From: a virus
DNA: 64,000 nucleotides
Strand: one strand, 5' to 3'
Virus record (IMG/VR): IMGVR_UViG_3300025122_000008
Span: 34,426 to 98,425 of that record
Part shown: piece after piece, positions 38,927 to 48,406 of the stretch
Numbering within the stretch: the stretch's first letter is position 1
Layout: every line of letters starts with the position of its first letter
Position numbers and translations under genes: made by a program
Notes under the pieces: model-generated
The model's input: the letters and a program-made list of their open reading frames with translations, nothing else
Told to the model about the DNA's origin: nothing
Databases searched by the model: none

Positions 38927-39781
38927 GTGAGTTCAAGAAGAAATCAAGATCGGGTGGGCGCCCCGAATCCCGATACTTCTCCCCATCCTGCTTTAGCAAC
39001 AACTGAAAAAGATAGTATATTTTCTTTTGTTGTGCCCACGGAGTTTGTTGAGCTTCCGAGCGGTGGAGAGTTTTATCCCGAAAGTCATCCTTTATGTGGA
39101 AAGACTACATTAGAAATAAGACATATGACGGCAAAAGAGGAAGATATACTAACTTCCGAAAGTTTGCTCCGAAGGGGCGTGGCTATTGATAGGCTACTAC
39201 AGTCTCTTATACTTGACCGGTCGGTTATTGTACATGATCTTTTAATAGGTGATAAAAATGCATTAATTATTGCAGCACGCATTACCGGCTTCGGAGAGAA
39301 GTTTACAACCAAGGTTAGGTGTACATCTTGCAAGGAGACCCAGGATACCGATTTTGATCTTGGGAAATTAACGATTCGTAATCCGGAAATTCCCGATAAT
39401 GTTGAGCAATCTGAAGAGAACACGTTTTTTGTGAAACTTCCGCTTTCAGGTATTACTGTGGAGCTTCGGCTAATGACTGGCCGGCACGAACAGCAATATA
39501 TTAATAGTAGTCAAAAACGTAAGAAGAAGAAAATGCAGGAGACCACTTCGACTGATTTGTTAAAATTGCTCGTTATTTCCGCAGACGGACATGACGACGT
39601 CGTTTCGATTAATAAGTTTATCAGTATATTACCACTCCGTGATTCATTATATATCAAGGACACTTATGAGAAGATAAGTCCAGATGTGGATTTAACCCAG
39701 GATTTCGAATGCGAAACGTGTGGGCACGAGGGGGGTGTCGGCGTTCCATTAAACGCCGACTTTTTTTGGCCTCAGCGATAA
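38927..39781 (+). CDS. Baseplate hub/tail assembly chaperone (T4 gp26-like)
   Basis: VELPSGG..Y, IRHMTAKEEDIL, GDKNALIIAARI, two CxxC pairs, terminal FFWP. Confidence 0.85.
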   Translation: MSSRRNQDRVGAPNPDTSPHPALATTEKDSIFSFVVPTEFVELPSGGEFYPESHPLCGKTTLEIRHMTAKEEDILTSESLLRRGVAIDRLLQSLILDRSVIVHDLLIGDKNALIIAARITGFGEKFTTKVRCTSCKETQDTDFDLGKLTIRNPEIPDNVEQSEENTFFVKLPLSGITVELRLMTGRHEQQYINSSQKRKKKKMQETTSTDLLKLLVISADGHDDVVSINKFISILPLRDSLYIKDTYEKISPDVDLTQDFECETCGHEGGVGVPLNADFFWPQR

Positions 39782-39965
39782 CTATTTAGAAATGGTTTAT
39801 GAGGAGCTGTTTGCTTTAAAGCACTACGGCGGCTGGAGTTTTTTTGAAGCTTATAATCTTCCAATTCAATTAAGAAATTGGTTCGTTAAAAGAATCATTA
39901 AAGAATTTGAAAAACAAAAAGAAGCCCAAGAGGGCGCAGAAAAGAAGCATAAACTCGGTTCTTGA
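39762..39965 (+). CDS. gp51-like tail chaperone C-terminal segment (in +1 frame; ATG at 39792 or reached by frameshift)
   Basis: FFGLSDNYLEMVYEELFALKHYGGWSFFEAYNLPIQLRNWFVKRIIKEFEKQKE...; resembles the W-S-x-x-E-x-x-x-L/M-P-x-x-x-R motif of gp51/gpT-type chaperones; missing from the ORF track. Confidence 0.7.
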   Translation, partial: FFGLSDNYLEMVYEELFALKHYGGWSFFEAYNLPIQLRNWFVKRIIKEFEKQKEAQEGAEKKHKLGS

Positions 39966-40015
39966 TGTGTTTTGTTATAAATTTACTAATTATAATAGTC
40001 ACCTGAGGAATTAAT

Positions 40016-40387
40016 ATGTTAACAGAATCGCAGTCTAGAATAATACGTTTAAATGTGGGCAAAAAGCAAATATTAAACGAGAGTTTTCTTTCCACGTTCG
40101 CCGGTCTTACAAAAATGTTGTTAAGTTATATTATGGGCGACACTGCAATCCCCGTAAAGGTTAAAGAAAATCAAAGGTCCGGTACAGATCCTCAAGTAAA
40201 AATTTCCGGAACCCCTGCTCAGGTTGACGCCTTTACTTCAGCACTTAGAGGTGAGAAGGATTATATGATCACCTACATGGAGCACGGGGTTAGTGACGAG
40301 AAAACTTTAAACTCTCGGCATAAATTAAATAGAGCGGTTGAAACGTTTGAAGTTGAAACGGGACTTAGGTGGCCGTTTAAAAACTAG
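40016..40387 (+). CDS. Hypothetical protein
   Basis: Late box ACTAATTA at 39985-39992, SD GAGGA; MLTE...ILNE motifs. Confidence 0.6.
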   Translation: MLTESQSRIIRLNVGKKQILNESFLSTFAGLTKMLLSYIMGDTAIPVKVKENQRSGTDPQVKISGTPAQVDAFTSALRGEKDYMITYMEHGVSDEKTLNSRHKLNRAVETFEVETGLRWPFKN

Positions 40388-40396
40388 GTTTAAACC

Positions 40397-42694
40397 ATGG
40401 CAGGCCCCCGAGACGAACAAGCTGTTTTGGCCGCCCAGGCGGCGGAACAAAGGTATCAAGATACACTTGACGCCACTGAGTCCAAATTATCCAAACTGCA
40501 TGGCGCCGTTGGCGACCTGAAAGATCAACGAGAGGCCATGTATAAAGTCGTCGACGCCGAAGTAGAAATGCAGCAAGCCTATATTAAGCTACTCAATGAT
40601 GAAATTCAACTGGAAGAGCAGAGATTAGAAGTTACAAGAAAACAACTAGCGGCCGGTACAGCGACTCAGGCTGACTACGACGCCCAGGCAGCATCCCTTG
40701 AGGACATGCGCCAGGGCCACCATAATCTCATAGAGGCCACAGAAAAGACAATAAAAGACAATAAAAAACTCTCCGCGAGTCTGCAAGAGATGAATGCTGC
40801 CGGCAAGGGCTTTGCCGAAACGATGTTTGGCATGAACAATGGTTTGATGAACTTTGCTGAAAAACTCGACGAAGCCGCTAAGGCAGCCGGCGGGGGTCCC
40901 AAGGGTATGTTGACCGCTCTCAAAGCCCTTACTCAGGGCGCCCTTAAGTCCATATTTTCATTTAAGAACTTGGGTGCTCAGGTCTTGAAAGTTGGAGAGC
41001 TTCTCATGGCCGGCGCCGTCGGTTTTGTTAGGGCGATGGTAAAATTAGCCCTTGCACAAGACGAAGCAGTTTCCGGATTCATGAAGGCGACCGGCGCTGG
41101 CATGGAATTTAGCCGAGCCATAACAGATGCCCAAAGGGATGTTGCCCTATACGGGGTCGACGCAGCCGAGGCAGGCAAAGCTGCAACTGCCTTATACCAA
41201 GGATTCTCAGATTTTACCCAAATAAACAAAGCTGAGGCTAAAAATCTCATTAAGACGGTTTCGTTGCTAGCAGAACTTGGAGTTTCAGCAGAAACATCGG
41301 CTAAAATATTAGACGTTGCAACCAGATCTTTGGGCCTCAACGTAGCTCAATCAGAAGAGCTTCTACGGGATATTAAAGCCACATCTGATGCAATCGGGCT
41401 ACCTGCTGGACAGTTGGCTGCCGATTTTGCCGCGTCAGCGCCGCAACTTACCAAGTATGGTGGCCAAATGATGGACGTTTTTACTGGCCTTGCAGAGCAA
41501 GCTAAGAAAACAGGCATTGAAATTAATAAATTGCTGGGCTTTACTGCGCAGTTTGATACATTTGAAGGCGCCGGTAAAGCGGTAGGTCGCTTAAACGCTA
41601 TTTTGGGTGGCCCGTACTTGAATTCAATTGACATGTTAAACGCAACCGACGAAGAACGCATTGAAATCTTGCAACGATTAACTGATCAGGCCGGCTTACA
41701 ATTTGATCAGCTAGGCAGATATGAACAAATGGCAATTGCATCAGCTATGGGCACCGACGTTGATACCGCAAGAAGAATGTTTGGTCAATCACAGGCTGTT
41801 TTTGAGAAGCAAGCCCTTGCACAAGAGCGACTAGCCGAACAGGCTGCAAAGGCACAAACAATAATTGATCAACTAAAAGCAGCATTTAATGCAGCGCTTA
41901 TCAATATGCGCCCGTTTATTGAAGACATAATTCTTCCAATAATCTACGGATTAAGAGATATGGCAGGAGGTGGTGAAAAGTTTACAGAAGTATTGGGAAG
42001 ACTATATAATCAAGTACAAAAGTTTTTGACCGTCGTCGGGGCGCTAGCCATTATTGCCGGCGTAATGCTTCTATTTACTGGCGCTGGGGCTGTCTTCGGC
42101 GTTCCTATGATAATGACCGGCCTCAAAATGTTGGGTGTTGGTATGGCAATGAAATATGCTGCCGGCGGCGCAGAGAAATTGGGCACGATGGCAAAAGAAA
42201 AAGTAGAAAGTGCCCAGACGGCCGGCGCCGGCCGGGCCTCCGCGGCACGAATGGACATTGTAGGCGCCGCGGCCGAAAACAACGTACCTGGCTTCGCTCA
42301 GGGTGGTGTTATGACCAGGACTGACCAACTCTTTATGAAGTATGAAACGTTACCCGGAGTCCATAAAGTGCTTTTGGGTGGTGGACTTGCTCTCGCGCAT
42401 GCAATGTGGAAGCAAAAGCGAGGAGGCTCTCTGGGGGTTGTAGGAGAACATGGACCTGAACTCATAGAGGCCCCTACAGGCTCTCGTGTAACGCCAGCAG
42501 GCACCACAGAACGGCTTGTACGGGCCATAGAGGGCCTGAACAGCAAACTGGATGCCATGCAGCGCACACCCGCGACGGGAGGCAGCAGTGGGCCTATTAT
42601 TCTACAAGTCGAAGGCCGCGAATTCGCCAGAGTAGTTGGCGAATCCTTGGACAGTCCAGAACTTAGAAGAAAGCTTTTGATGGGCTATACTTAA
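40397..42694 (+). CDS. Tape measure protein
   Basis: Ala/Gln-rich helical 765 aa, hydrophobic stretch near the C-terminus, FAQGG...VGEHGPE and LQVEGREFAR motifs; follows the tail chaperones. Confidence 0.85.
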   Translation: MAGPRDEQAVLAAQAAEQRYQDTLDATESKLSKLHGAVGDLKDQREAMYKVVDAEVEMQQAYIKLLNDEIQLEEQRLEVTRKQLAAGTATQADYDAQAASLEDMRQGHHNLIEATEKTIKDNKKLSASLQEMNAAGKGFAETMFGMNNGLMNFAEKLDEAAKAAGGGPKGMLTALKALTQGALKSIFSFKNLGAQVLKVGELLMAGAVGFVRAMVKLALAQDEAVSGFMKATGAGMEFSRAITDAQRDVALYGVDAAEAGKAATALYQGFSDFTQINKAEAKNLIKTVSLLAELGVSAETSAKILDVATRSLGLNVAQSEELLRDIKATSDAIGLPAGQLAADFAASAPQLTKYGGQMMDVFTGLAEQAKKTGIEINKLLGFTAQFDTFEGAGKAVGRLNAILGGPYLNSIDMLNATDEERIEILQRLTDQAGLQFDQLGRYEQMAIASAMGTDVDTARRMFGQSQAVFEKQALAQERLAEQAAKAQTIIDQLKAAFNAALINMRPFIEDIILPIIYGLRDMAGGGEKFTEVLGRLYNQVQKFLTVVGALAIIAGVMLLFTGAGAVFGVPMIMTGLKMLGVGMAMKYAAGGAEKLGTMAKEKVESAQTAGAGRASAARMDIVGAAAENNVPGFAQGGVMTRTDQLFMKYETLPGVHKVLLGGGLALAHAMWKQKRGGSLGVVGEHGPELIEAPTGSRVTPAGTTERLVRAIEGLNSKLDAMQRTPATGGSSGPIILQVEGREFARVVGESLDSPELRRKLLMGYT

Positions 42695-42730
42695 TTTTAA
42701 AATTTAACTATATATTCTAAGGGTAACATT

Positions 42731-43873
42731 ATGGCAGGACCACAAATAGACCAAAGAGAAACTGGAAATCCGGGCCTTATAGCCGATCCAGGAAATCCGC
42801 TCTGGAAGGTTAAATTTAAACATATTGCAACGGGGCAAAGTGTTGCATTTAATGCGTGGGTAACTGATTTTTCCGACGCTTTCCAGTCTTCATGGAACGA
42901 GGAAACTGCATATGGGCGAATGGACCCCTTGGTAACTTTTCAAAACACACGAAGAACTATTACGCTTGCCCTCGATGTAGTTGCGGCAAACAAACCAGAG
43001 GCAGTAAACAATACTGCTAAAATGGACAAGTTGATACGTTTTTTATACCCAGTATATACAGAATCTGGTGAAACTTTTGCGAATACCCTTAAGTCGTCTC
43101 CATTGATGGAAATACAGTGGACAAACCTTATTGCTTCTGGATATTATCAAGACCGCGGAGTTGTTGGATATATTAGTGGTATGACGTACACCCCTACTTT
43201 CGAAGCTGGTCTTTTTATTAATAGTCCTGAGGGTCAATTGCATCTCTATCCCCAACAACTTAAACTTAATGTCACTTTTAATGTTATACACACCCACTTG
43301 ATGGGCTGGAGTGCTGGGAATGGTGGCTATATTTTTGGCGGCGATGAAGGCGGCGACACTTATTTTCCCCACGGCGCCGGCGAGGAAATATCTGCCCCTG
43401 TCGATGGAACCCAGCTTCCCTGCGCCGATGGTCCGTGGATTCCGGACTCGGCAATTAATAATTCAGAAGCCGGCCGAACAGAACGATTAATGAGAGAAGA
43501 GCAGGCAGCGAATCAAAACATTTTGCAGCAGGCCGGAAGACCAGGCTCACCCCAACGCCGGGCCACTCGGCAGTCACTCCAGAGAAATCAAGGTTGGAAC
43601 TATAATGCTGGATGTCCCGAAAATAATACGCGAACCCCCTCTCCGGCCGAACAACGCGCTGCTGCTGCCAATACGCGCCAAGCCTTAGCCGCTCAAAGGG
43701 GCGCCGATCGACGCGCCAATCAAGAAAACCGCCGGAACCTTCGAGAACAGCGCAGAGCCGGCGAGATTCCCCGCGAGGCTTTTCGTGAAAATATGGGAGA
43801 ATTGCGCTCTCGGCGCCGTGAACAAAGAGCTAGCCGTCAAGACCTTCGACGTGAATTACTGGGGCTTGACTAA
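42731..43873 (+). CDS. Tube-initiator/baseplate protein (gp48/gp54-like) with Arg-rich C-terminal extension
   Basis: FSDAFQSSWNEETAYGRMDP..FQNTRRTITL, LYP, GYISGMTY; follows the TMP; late-like box ACTATATA at 42707. Confidence 0.7.
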   Translation: MAGPQIDQRETGNPGLIADPGNPLWKVKFKHIATGQSVAFNAWVTDFSDAFQSSWNEETAYGRMDPLVTFQNTRRTITLALDVVAANKPEAVNNTAKMDKLIRFLYPVYTESGETFANTLKSSPLMEIQWTNLIASGYYQDRGVVGYISGMTYTPTFEAGLFINSPEGQLHLYPQQLKLNVTFNVIHTHLMGWSAGNGGYIFGGDEGGDTYFPHGAGEEISAPVDGTQLPCADGPWIPDSAINNSEAGRTERLMREEQAANQNILQQAGRPGSPQRRATRQSLQRNQGWNYNAGCPENNTRTPSPAEQRAAAANTRQALAAQRGADRRANQENRRNLREQRRAGEIPREAFRENMGELRSRRREQRASRQDLRRELLGLD

Positions 43874-43875
43874 AT

Positions 43876-44214
43876 ATGACTTCGCGTTACGACGACAGAA
43901 TTATCTTTAAAAATCAAAATCCTCACTATAAAAACTTTTTTAAAGAGAGGGGAGTTAATTTAATAAGGCACTACGGGACGTCTATAATTAACTATCCGGA
44001 AGTTAGTGAGATAGCAACTTTGAACACGATTCAACATATTTGGACCGTTGGAGATCGATTTTATAAAATTGCCGGTGACTATTATAAAAATCCAAAGTAT
44101 TGGTGGGTAATAGCGTGGTATAATCAAACCCCCACAGAGGCACATTTGAAGCTTGGTGACTTGGTATATATTCCAATGCCCCTTGAGCGCGCCCTAAACA
44201 TTTTCGGGGTTTAG
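43876..44214 (+). CDS. LysM-type baseplate wedge protein (gp53-like)
   Basis: HIWTVGDRFYKIAGDYYKNPKYWWVIAWYN...GDLVYIP. Confidence 0.85.
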   Translation: MTSRYDDRIIFKNQNPHYKNFFKERGVNLIRHYGTSIINYPEVSEIATLNTIQHIWTVGDRFYKIAGDYYKNPKYWWVIAWYNQTPTEAHLKLGDLVYIPMPLERALNIFGV

Positions 44215-44231
44215 CCGGTGAGATATTTAAT

Positions 44232-47200
44232 ATGGGAATAGAAAAATATTCTGGCTGGAATACGCTCAAGATGAACGACCTCAGAAAATGGGGTTGGCGG
44301 TTTTTTGGTAAGGGCAACCATTTTGACACTAAAGACATCGACAAGCGCTTCCCTAATGCACGGAAATTTCCTCCAACAATATATGGCGGCAAGGATGCGT
44401 TAAAGGCTTTTGGTCGGAGCGGTGACGAAGCGATGATGTCGCAATTTAGTCATTGGACGCAGTGGCCACGGCCCAAATGGCCGGCTGAGTGGTTTGAAGC
44501 TTGGCGCTTCTGGCGCGCCGTCAAATACGCGATCGGAGAAGCCATGAGCACCGATGGCCTTCAATTTGGATCAGAATATAATCATAATTGGTATGGCTTC
44601 GGCAGTGTCGCGGATGTTAAGGCGAGCCAAAAAAATATAATTCCAACTGCCGCCTATAATGTCAGCACTATTACCGATTATGGCAACGCCGTCGTCGATC
44701 TCGCGAAGACGGGGATATGGGAGGATTTAAAGTATTGGGGATTCGGTACGCCACAACTCTACGCCGGCCGGTGTAGGGGAAAGGACCACCCGCTGATATA
44801 TGTTCCAAACCCCAATAACTACAGCAAAACTTGGTGGGGGCACCTGAAGTTTCCGCGGTACGAGTTCGTTCTCAGCGACGAGCCCACCTGGGCCGACCGG
44901 GCCAACGACGCGCACCTGGAAACTCAGGCCGGCCGGTGGACCGCCGGGAAACAGCTGGGTCACGACGATAGGCCCCTTATACGGGTCTTTCTCGGTAATG
45001 ACAATGGGCCCCCGGGAGTCGGCGGCGGGTGTCCCGGGCCATCACAATTACTAGATACGGGCACAATAGACCGCGAACTCGCAGCACTTTTTTTAGTTTT
45101 TGGCTGGTGGGCCAAATACGGGAGTACCCAGACCCGCGCGATTAAGATTCGTTACGCGGGCTCCGGAGAAGTGCTTTTTGATAATTGGGACGGCGTCCTC
45201 GGCGGTACATATCGCGGTACCGAGGGGACTATCCACGTTAGTGGGACGCAGATGTCGATAAATGTTATCGAGCGCGCCGTCGAGGCGAAGATGCATGCCA
45301 CGGAAAACGGCAGGATTACTGCTGAAGATGTAGCCGCGGTCCGCGATTTTGTGAAAATTCAACTTTTAGGAGACAAGGCCACTGCAGAATGGCTCGATTC
45401 TTTTCCGTTTTTAGGAGAAGATCGCGACTGGACGCCACCAGTAGAAAAACCAAAAGCTGTTCCCAAAGTAAAACTCAAAAAGGGGGCGTCGGCCTGGGAC
45501 CAGCAGTGTTTCTTGGTCGAGAACATGAAAAGAATCTCAGCTGCTGCCGGCCGGCGATCTTATAGTGATTTTGGAATATTAGATGGCGCCCCAGGTAATA
45601 TTGTTTCTGCACTACACAAGGGGCCCTTCGAAGATGACAGCGCAATGCACATGCTGAATCTGTCTCCTTCGGTTTATGCACATATGGTACCCTATATGAA
45701 ACTTTATCGCGTGGTATATGATAAAGACGACCCCTCGGGTGCTCCGATTGGCGAAGATCCAATGCCATTTGAAAGTTTCACAAAACGAGAAGATATCGAT
45801 AATATCTTCGAAGGCCGCGAATCCCGACAGGCGGGAGCCGGAGTTAAAAGTTTTGAATGGAAGTTGGATGGTGTACAGCCAGAGGAGGTTGATAATAATA
45901 TTTCGGCAACCCTAGAGGTACATTTTCAGAGTATGTACGATCTTTTTAGACACAATATAGATCCATCACAAACTACGTCCGACGATGTATCATCCCAAGC
46001 TGGTCTGGAAAAACCGGGATTTTTAGATTTGATTATCGCTCCGGAGACAAAGACGGGTCTTTTGTCAGAGTCGCCTCCCGAAAACCCACCCCCTGCCACC
46101 GGAGGTTGCGATGCGGCCAGTAAAATATATGAAGGGGCTTTATATCGAATTAAAATAGTAGTAGGATGGAGTGTGCCCGATGGTTTGGAGAACATTCCTA
46201 ATGTTAAAAATCCCGAAGCCCTTGCAGAAGCCATAGAACAACAAAGAAAAACATTATTTTTACAACTGGCGCGCCATAGTATAGACTTTCAACAGGATGG
46301 TACAGTAAAATTAAGAGTGGAATATCAAGCCGCGCTGGATGGAATATTGAGATCATCTTTCTCGGATATTTTTTCCGGGGAGGAGGAACTTAAGGATATT
46401 TTTGAGGATCCCGATGGTGAAGCAGCGCAACTGAGAGCGGACTATAGAGATCGTTCAATTACCGCTGAGGACAAAAAGATCTTTGAGGAATACCTAGATC
46501 AACAGATATCCTTAGAAAGAGAAGATCGATTAATTAAATATCGGCGGGTTTTAAAACAATTGTATGAAAGCGGCAACATAAACAGAATAAGGGTGCCAAT
46601 GAAGTCGCTCCTTAGAAAGCCATGGCGAGATTTGACTCCTGTCGAGCGTGCCAAAAGGGCCCGCAATCAACAATCTGATGATCCTCGTAAGGCCGGCTTC
46701 CAGATTACTGTTGCCGGCGCAACTGAAGACGCATCTCCCCTTTATACCATTTTAGAAGACGCAGAAAATGGCGATGCAGCCTTAGGAAAGGATGGGATTG
46801 CTCGGATCGGCAGTAGTTTAAATACGATTAAGAATGCTACGCCGGCTGATAATGTTGATATACACTATTTTTATCTTGGCGATCTCATTACCTCGGTACT
46901 GGAATTACCTCAGATAGTTAAACAAAATGGTAAAACGTTTCAACTTGTAATGGGGAGTATTGAATTTATTGATCCGCTTGTTGCTTATCAGGTGCTTAAC
47001 ATAAAAGATATTGCAGAATGCGGGGGGTTAAGAACCTCATATGCTGCCGAGATGTTTAAGTATATCAATCCCCTGGGCAGCGATAGCACCACAATTATAG
47101 AACATATAGATATGGCCAGCATTCCCATATCAGTTGATGCATTCAATCAGTGGTTTTTCAACAAGGTTGTTAAAAAGTCTCTTACAAAATATTACCTAGA

Positions 47201-48401
47201 TCAATTTATAAAAGACGTATTATCCAGTCTCGTAGGGCGCGCCCTTAGCAGCCGATGTTTTCGAGACATCCCCCAGGTGCCTCTTAGATTTGCTACAAAT
47301 GATTTTTTCCTCAAGGGCCAAGTCCTCGGTGAAAGAAACTCTCTATCTTGGTTTAGAGAAAGGATAAAGAAAAACCCACGGCTAGCCTCGCAACTCCCAA
47401 CGTTGGAAGGGGGCCAGTCGATCTCGGCTCGCCTGCGCCGACACCACAATCGCATGACACCAAAATCAACATTGTTTATTTATTCTACCGACTCTCTTCC
47501 ACAGATGAACAAAAGCGGGAACTGGCACACAGATTACGACGAGGGTATATATCATTTTTATTTAGGCTCCGCAGCAGGTTTGGTCAAAAATATTAGTTTT
47601 AATCGCGAGGATATGCCCGGCTTTAGGGAGGCAAAGATACAAAAAGAGGGTACCTTAGGCGCAAACCAATTACGAGAACTTTATAGCGTTAATCTGAAAT
47701 TGATAGGTAATACATTATTAAAAAATGGACAATTTATCTATATAAACCCCTCTGCAATTGGTGCCGGTAGTCCTTCTGCCCAGGGATCCGTTCCAAATTT
47801 GGCGAGGCTTCTTGGACTAGGAGGCTATTTTTTGGTTACTAGCGTAAATCATAGAATTAGCGAGGCTGGTTTTGAAGTTGATGTTAAGGCGCTACACCAG
47901 GCGGTCAGGGTTGGACAGACGCAGACGGTGCCCCTTGTCACATATCAGGCACCCGGAGATCCTCAACCCGATCACCCAGATGATTTGCCATTTGTTCAGT
48001 TTGCTGAAACATATCACGGCGCCGCCATGTCGGCACTTGATCTTCCGCCGGGCGATGACCTTCCTTCACCAATCGAGGCGCGCCGACGAGGAGAAGAATT
48101 GGGATTCACCGAAGCGCAACATGAACTGGTTGTAGAGGCGCGCATGGCCGCGAGAACAGTTCGAAGCCGCGCCGAAGACCGTATTGATGGCCGTGACTCC
48201 CGCAGGCTGGAGAGGGATACTGTACAGGAATATTTCGATTCAATGCATGTATATACCGAGGATGAGAATGGTGAGCCGATCGAGGTGGAGACGGGCCCCA
48301 TGGGCCACTTCCAGTCCGGCTACGTCTATGATGAGCCAACCGGCATGCTTTACGACCCCAGTGGTAATCCCGTGGGTCCAAATGAGCCCCCGGTAGAGTA
48401 A
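44232..48401 (+). CDS. Large baseplate hub-like protein (gp27/gpD-like core with extensions)
   Basis: Position after the LysM gene; GVKSFEW, YFYLGDLI, LVKNISF, NLKLIGNTLLKNGQFIYI...GGYFLVTSVNHRISEAGFEVDV hub-type C-terminal signature. Confidence 0.65.
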   Translation: MGIEKYSGWNTLKMNDLRKWGWRFFGKGNHFDTKDIDKRFPNARKFPPTIYGGKDALKAFGRSGDEAMMSQFSHWTQWPRPKWPAEWFEAWRFWRAVKYAIGEAMSTDGLQFGSEYNHNWYGFGSVADVKASQKNIIPTAAYNVSTITDYGNAVVDLAKTGIWEDLKYWGFGTPQLYAGRCRGKDHPLIYVPNPNNYSKTWWGHLKFPRYEFVLSDEPTWADRANDAHLETQAGRWTAGKQLGHDDRPLIRVFLGNDNGPPGVGGGCPGPSQLLDTGTIDRELAALFLVFGWWAKYGSTQTRAIKIRYAGSGEVLFDNWDGVLGGTYRGTEGTIHVSGTQMSINVIERAVEAKMHATENGRITAEDVAAVRDFVKIQLLGDKATAEWLDSFPFLGEDRDWTPPVEKPKAVPKVKLKKGASAWDQQCFLVENMKRISAAAGRRSYSDFGILDGAPGNIVSALHKGPFEDDSAMHMLNLSPSVYAHMVPYMKLYRVVYDKDDPSGAPIGEDPMPFESFTKREDIDNIFEGRESRQAGAGVKSFEWKLDGVQPEEVDNNISATLEVHFQSMYDLFRHNIDPSQTTSDDVSSQAGLEKPGFLDLIIAPETKTGLLSESPPENPPPATGGCDAASKIYEGALYRIKIVVGWSVPDGLENIPNVKNPEALAEAIEQQRKTLFLQLARHSIDFQQDGTVKLRVEYQAALDGILRSSFSDIFSGEEELKDIFEDPDGEAAQLRADYRDRSITAEDKKIFEEYLDQQISLEREDRLIKYRRVLKQLYESGNINRIRVPMKSLLRKPWRDLTPVERAKRARNQQSDDPRKAGFQITVAGATEDASPLYTILEDAENGDAALGKDGIARIGSSLNTIKNATPADNVDIHYFYLGDLITSVLELPQIVKQNGKTFQLVMGSIEFIDPLVAYQVLNIKDIAECGGLRTSYAAEMFKYINPLGSDSTTIIEHIDMASIPISVDAFNQWFFNKVVKKSLTKYYLDQFIKDVLSSLVGRALSSRCFRDIPQVPLRFATNDFFLKGQVLGERNSLSWFRERIKKNPRLASQLPTLEGGQSISARLRRHHNRMTPKSTLFIYSTDSLPQMNKSGNWHTDYDEGIYHFYLGSAAGLVKNISFNREDMPGFREAKIQKEGTLGANQLRELYSVNLKLIGNTLLKNGQFIYINPSAIGAGSPSAQGSVPNLARLLGLGGYFLVTSVNHRISEAGFEVDVKALHQAVRVGQTQTVPLVTYQAPGDPQPDHPDDLPFVQFAETYHGAAMSALDLPPGDDLPSPIEARRRGEELGFTEAQHELVVEARMAARTVRSRAEDRIDGRDSRRLERDTVQEYFDSMHVYTEDENGEPIEVETGPMGHFQSGYVYDEPTGMLYDPSGNPVGPNEPPVE

Positions 48402-48406
48402 AAAAG

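Noticed and set aside
39781-39788. Late box ACTATTTA driving the gp51-like ORF separately
   Set aside because: It lies only 3 nt before the ATG, so a start site would fall at or after the initiation codon. Probably coincidental, although leaderless expression is not excluded.
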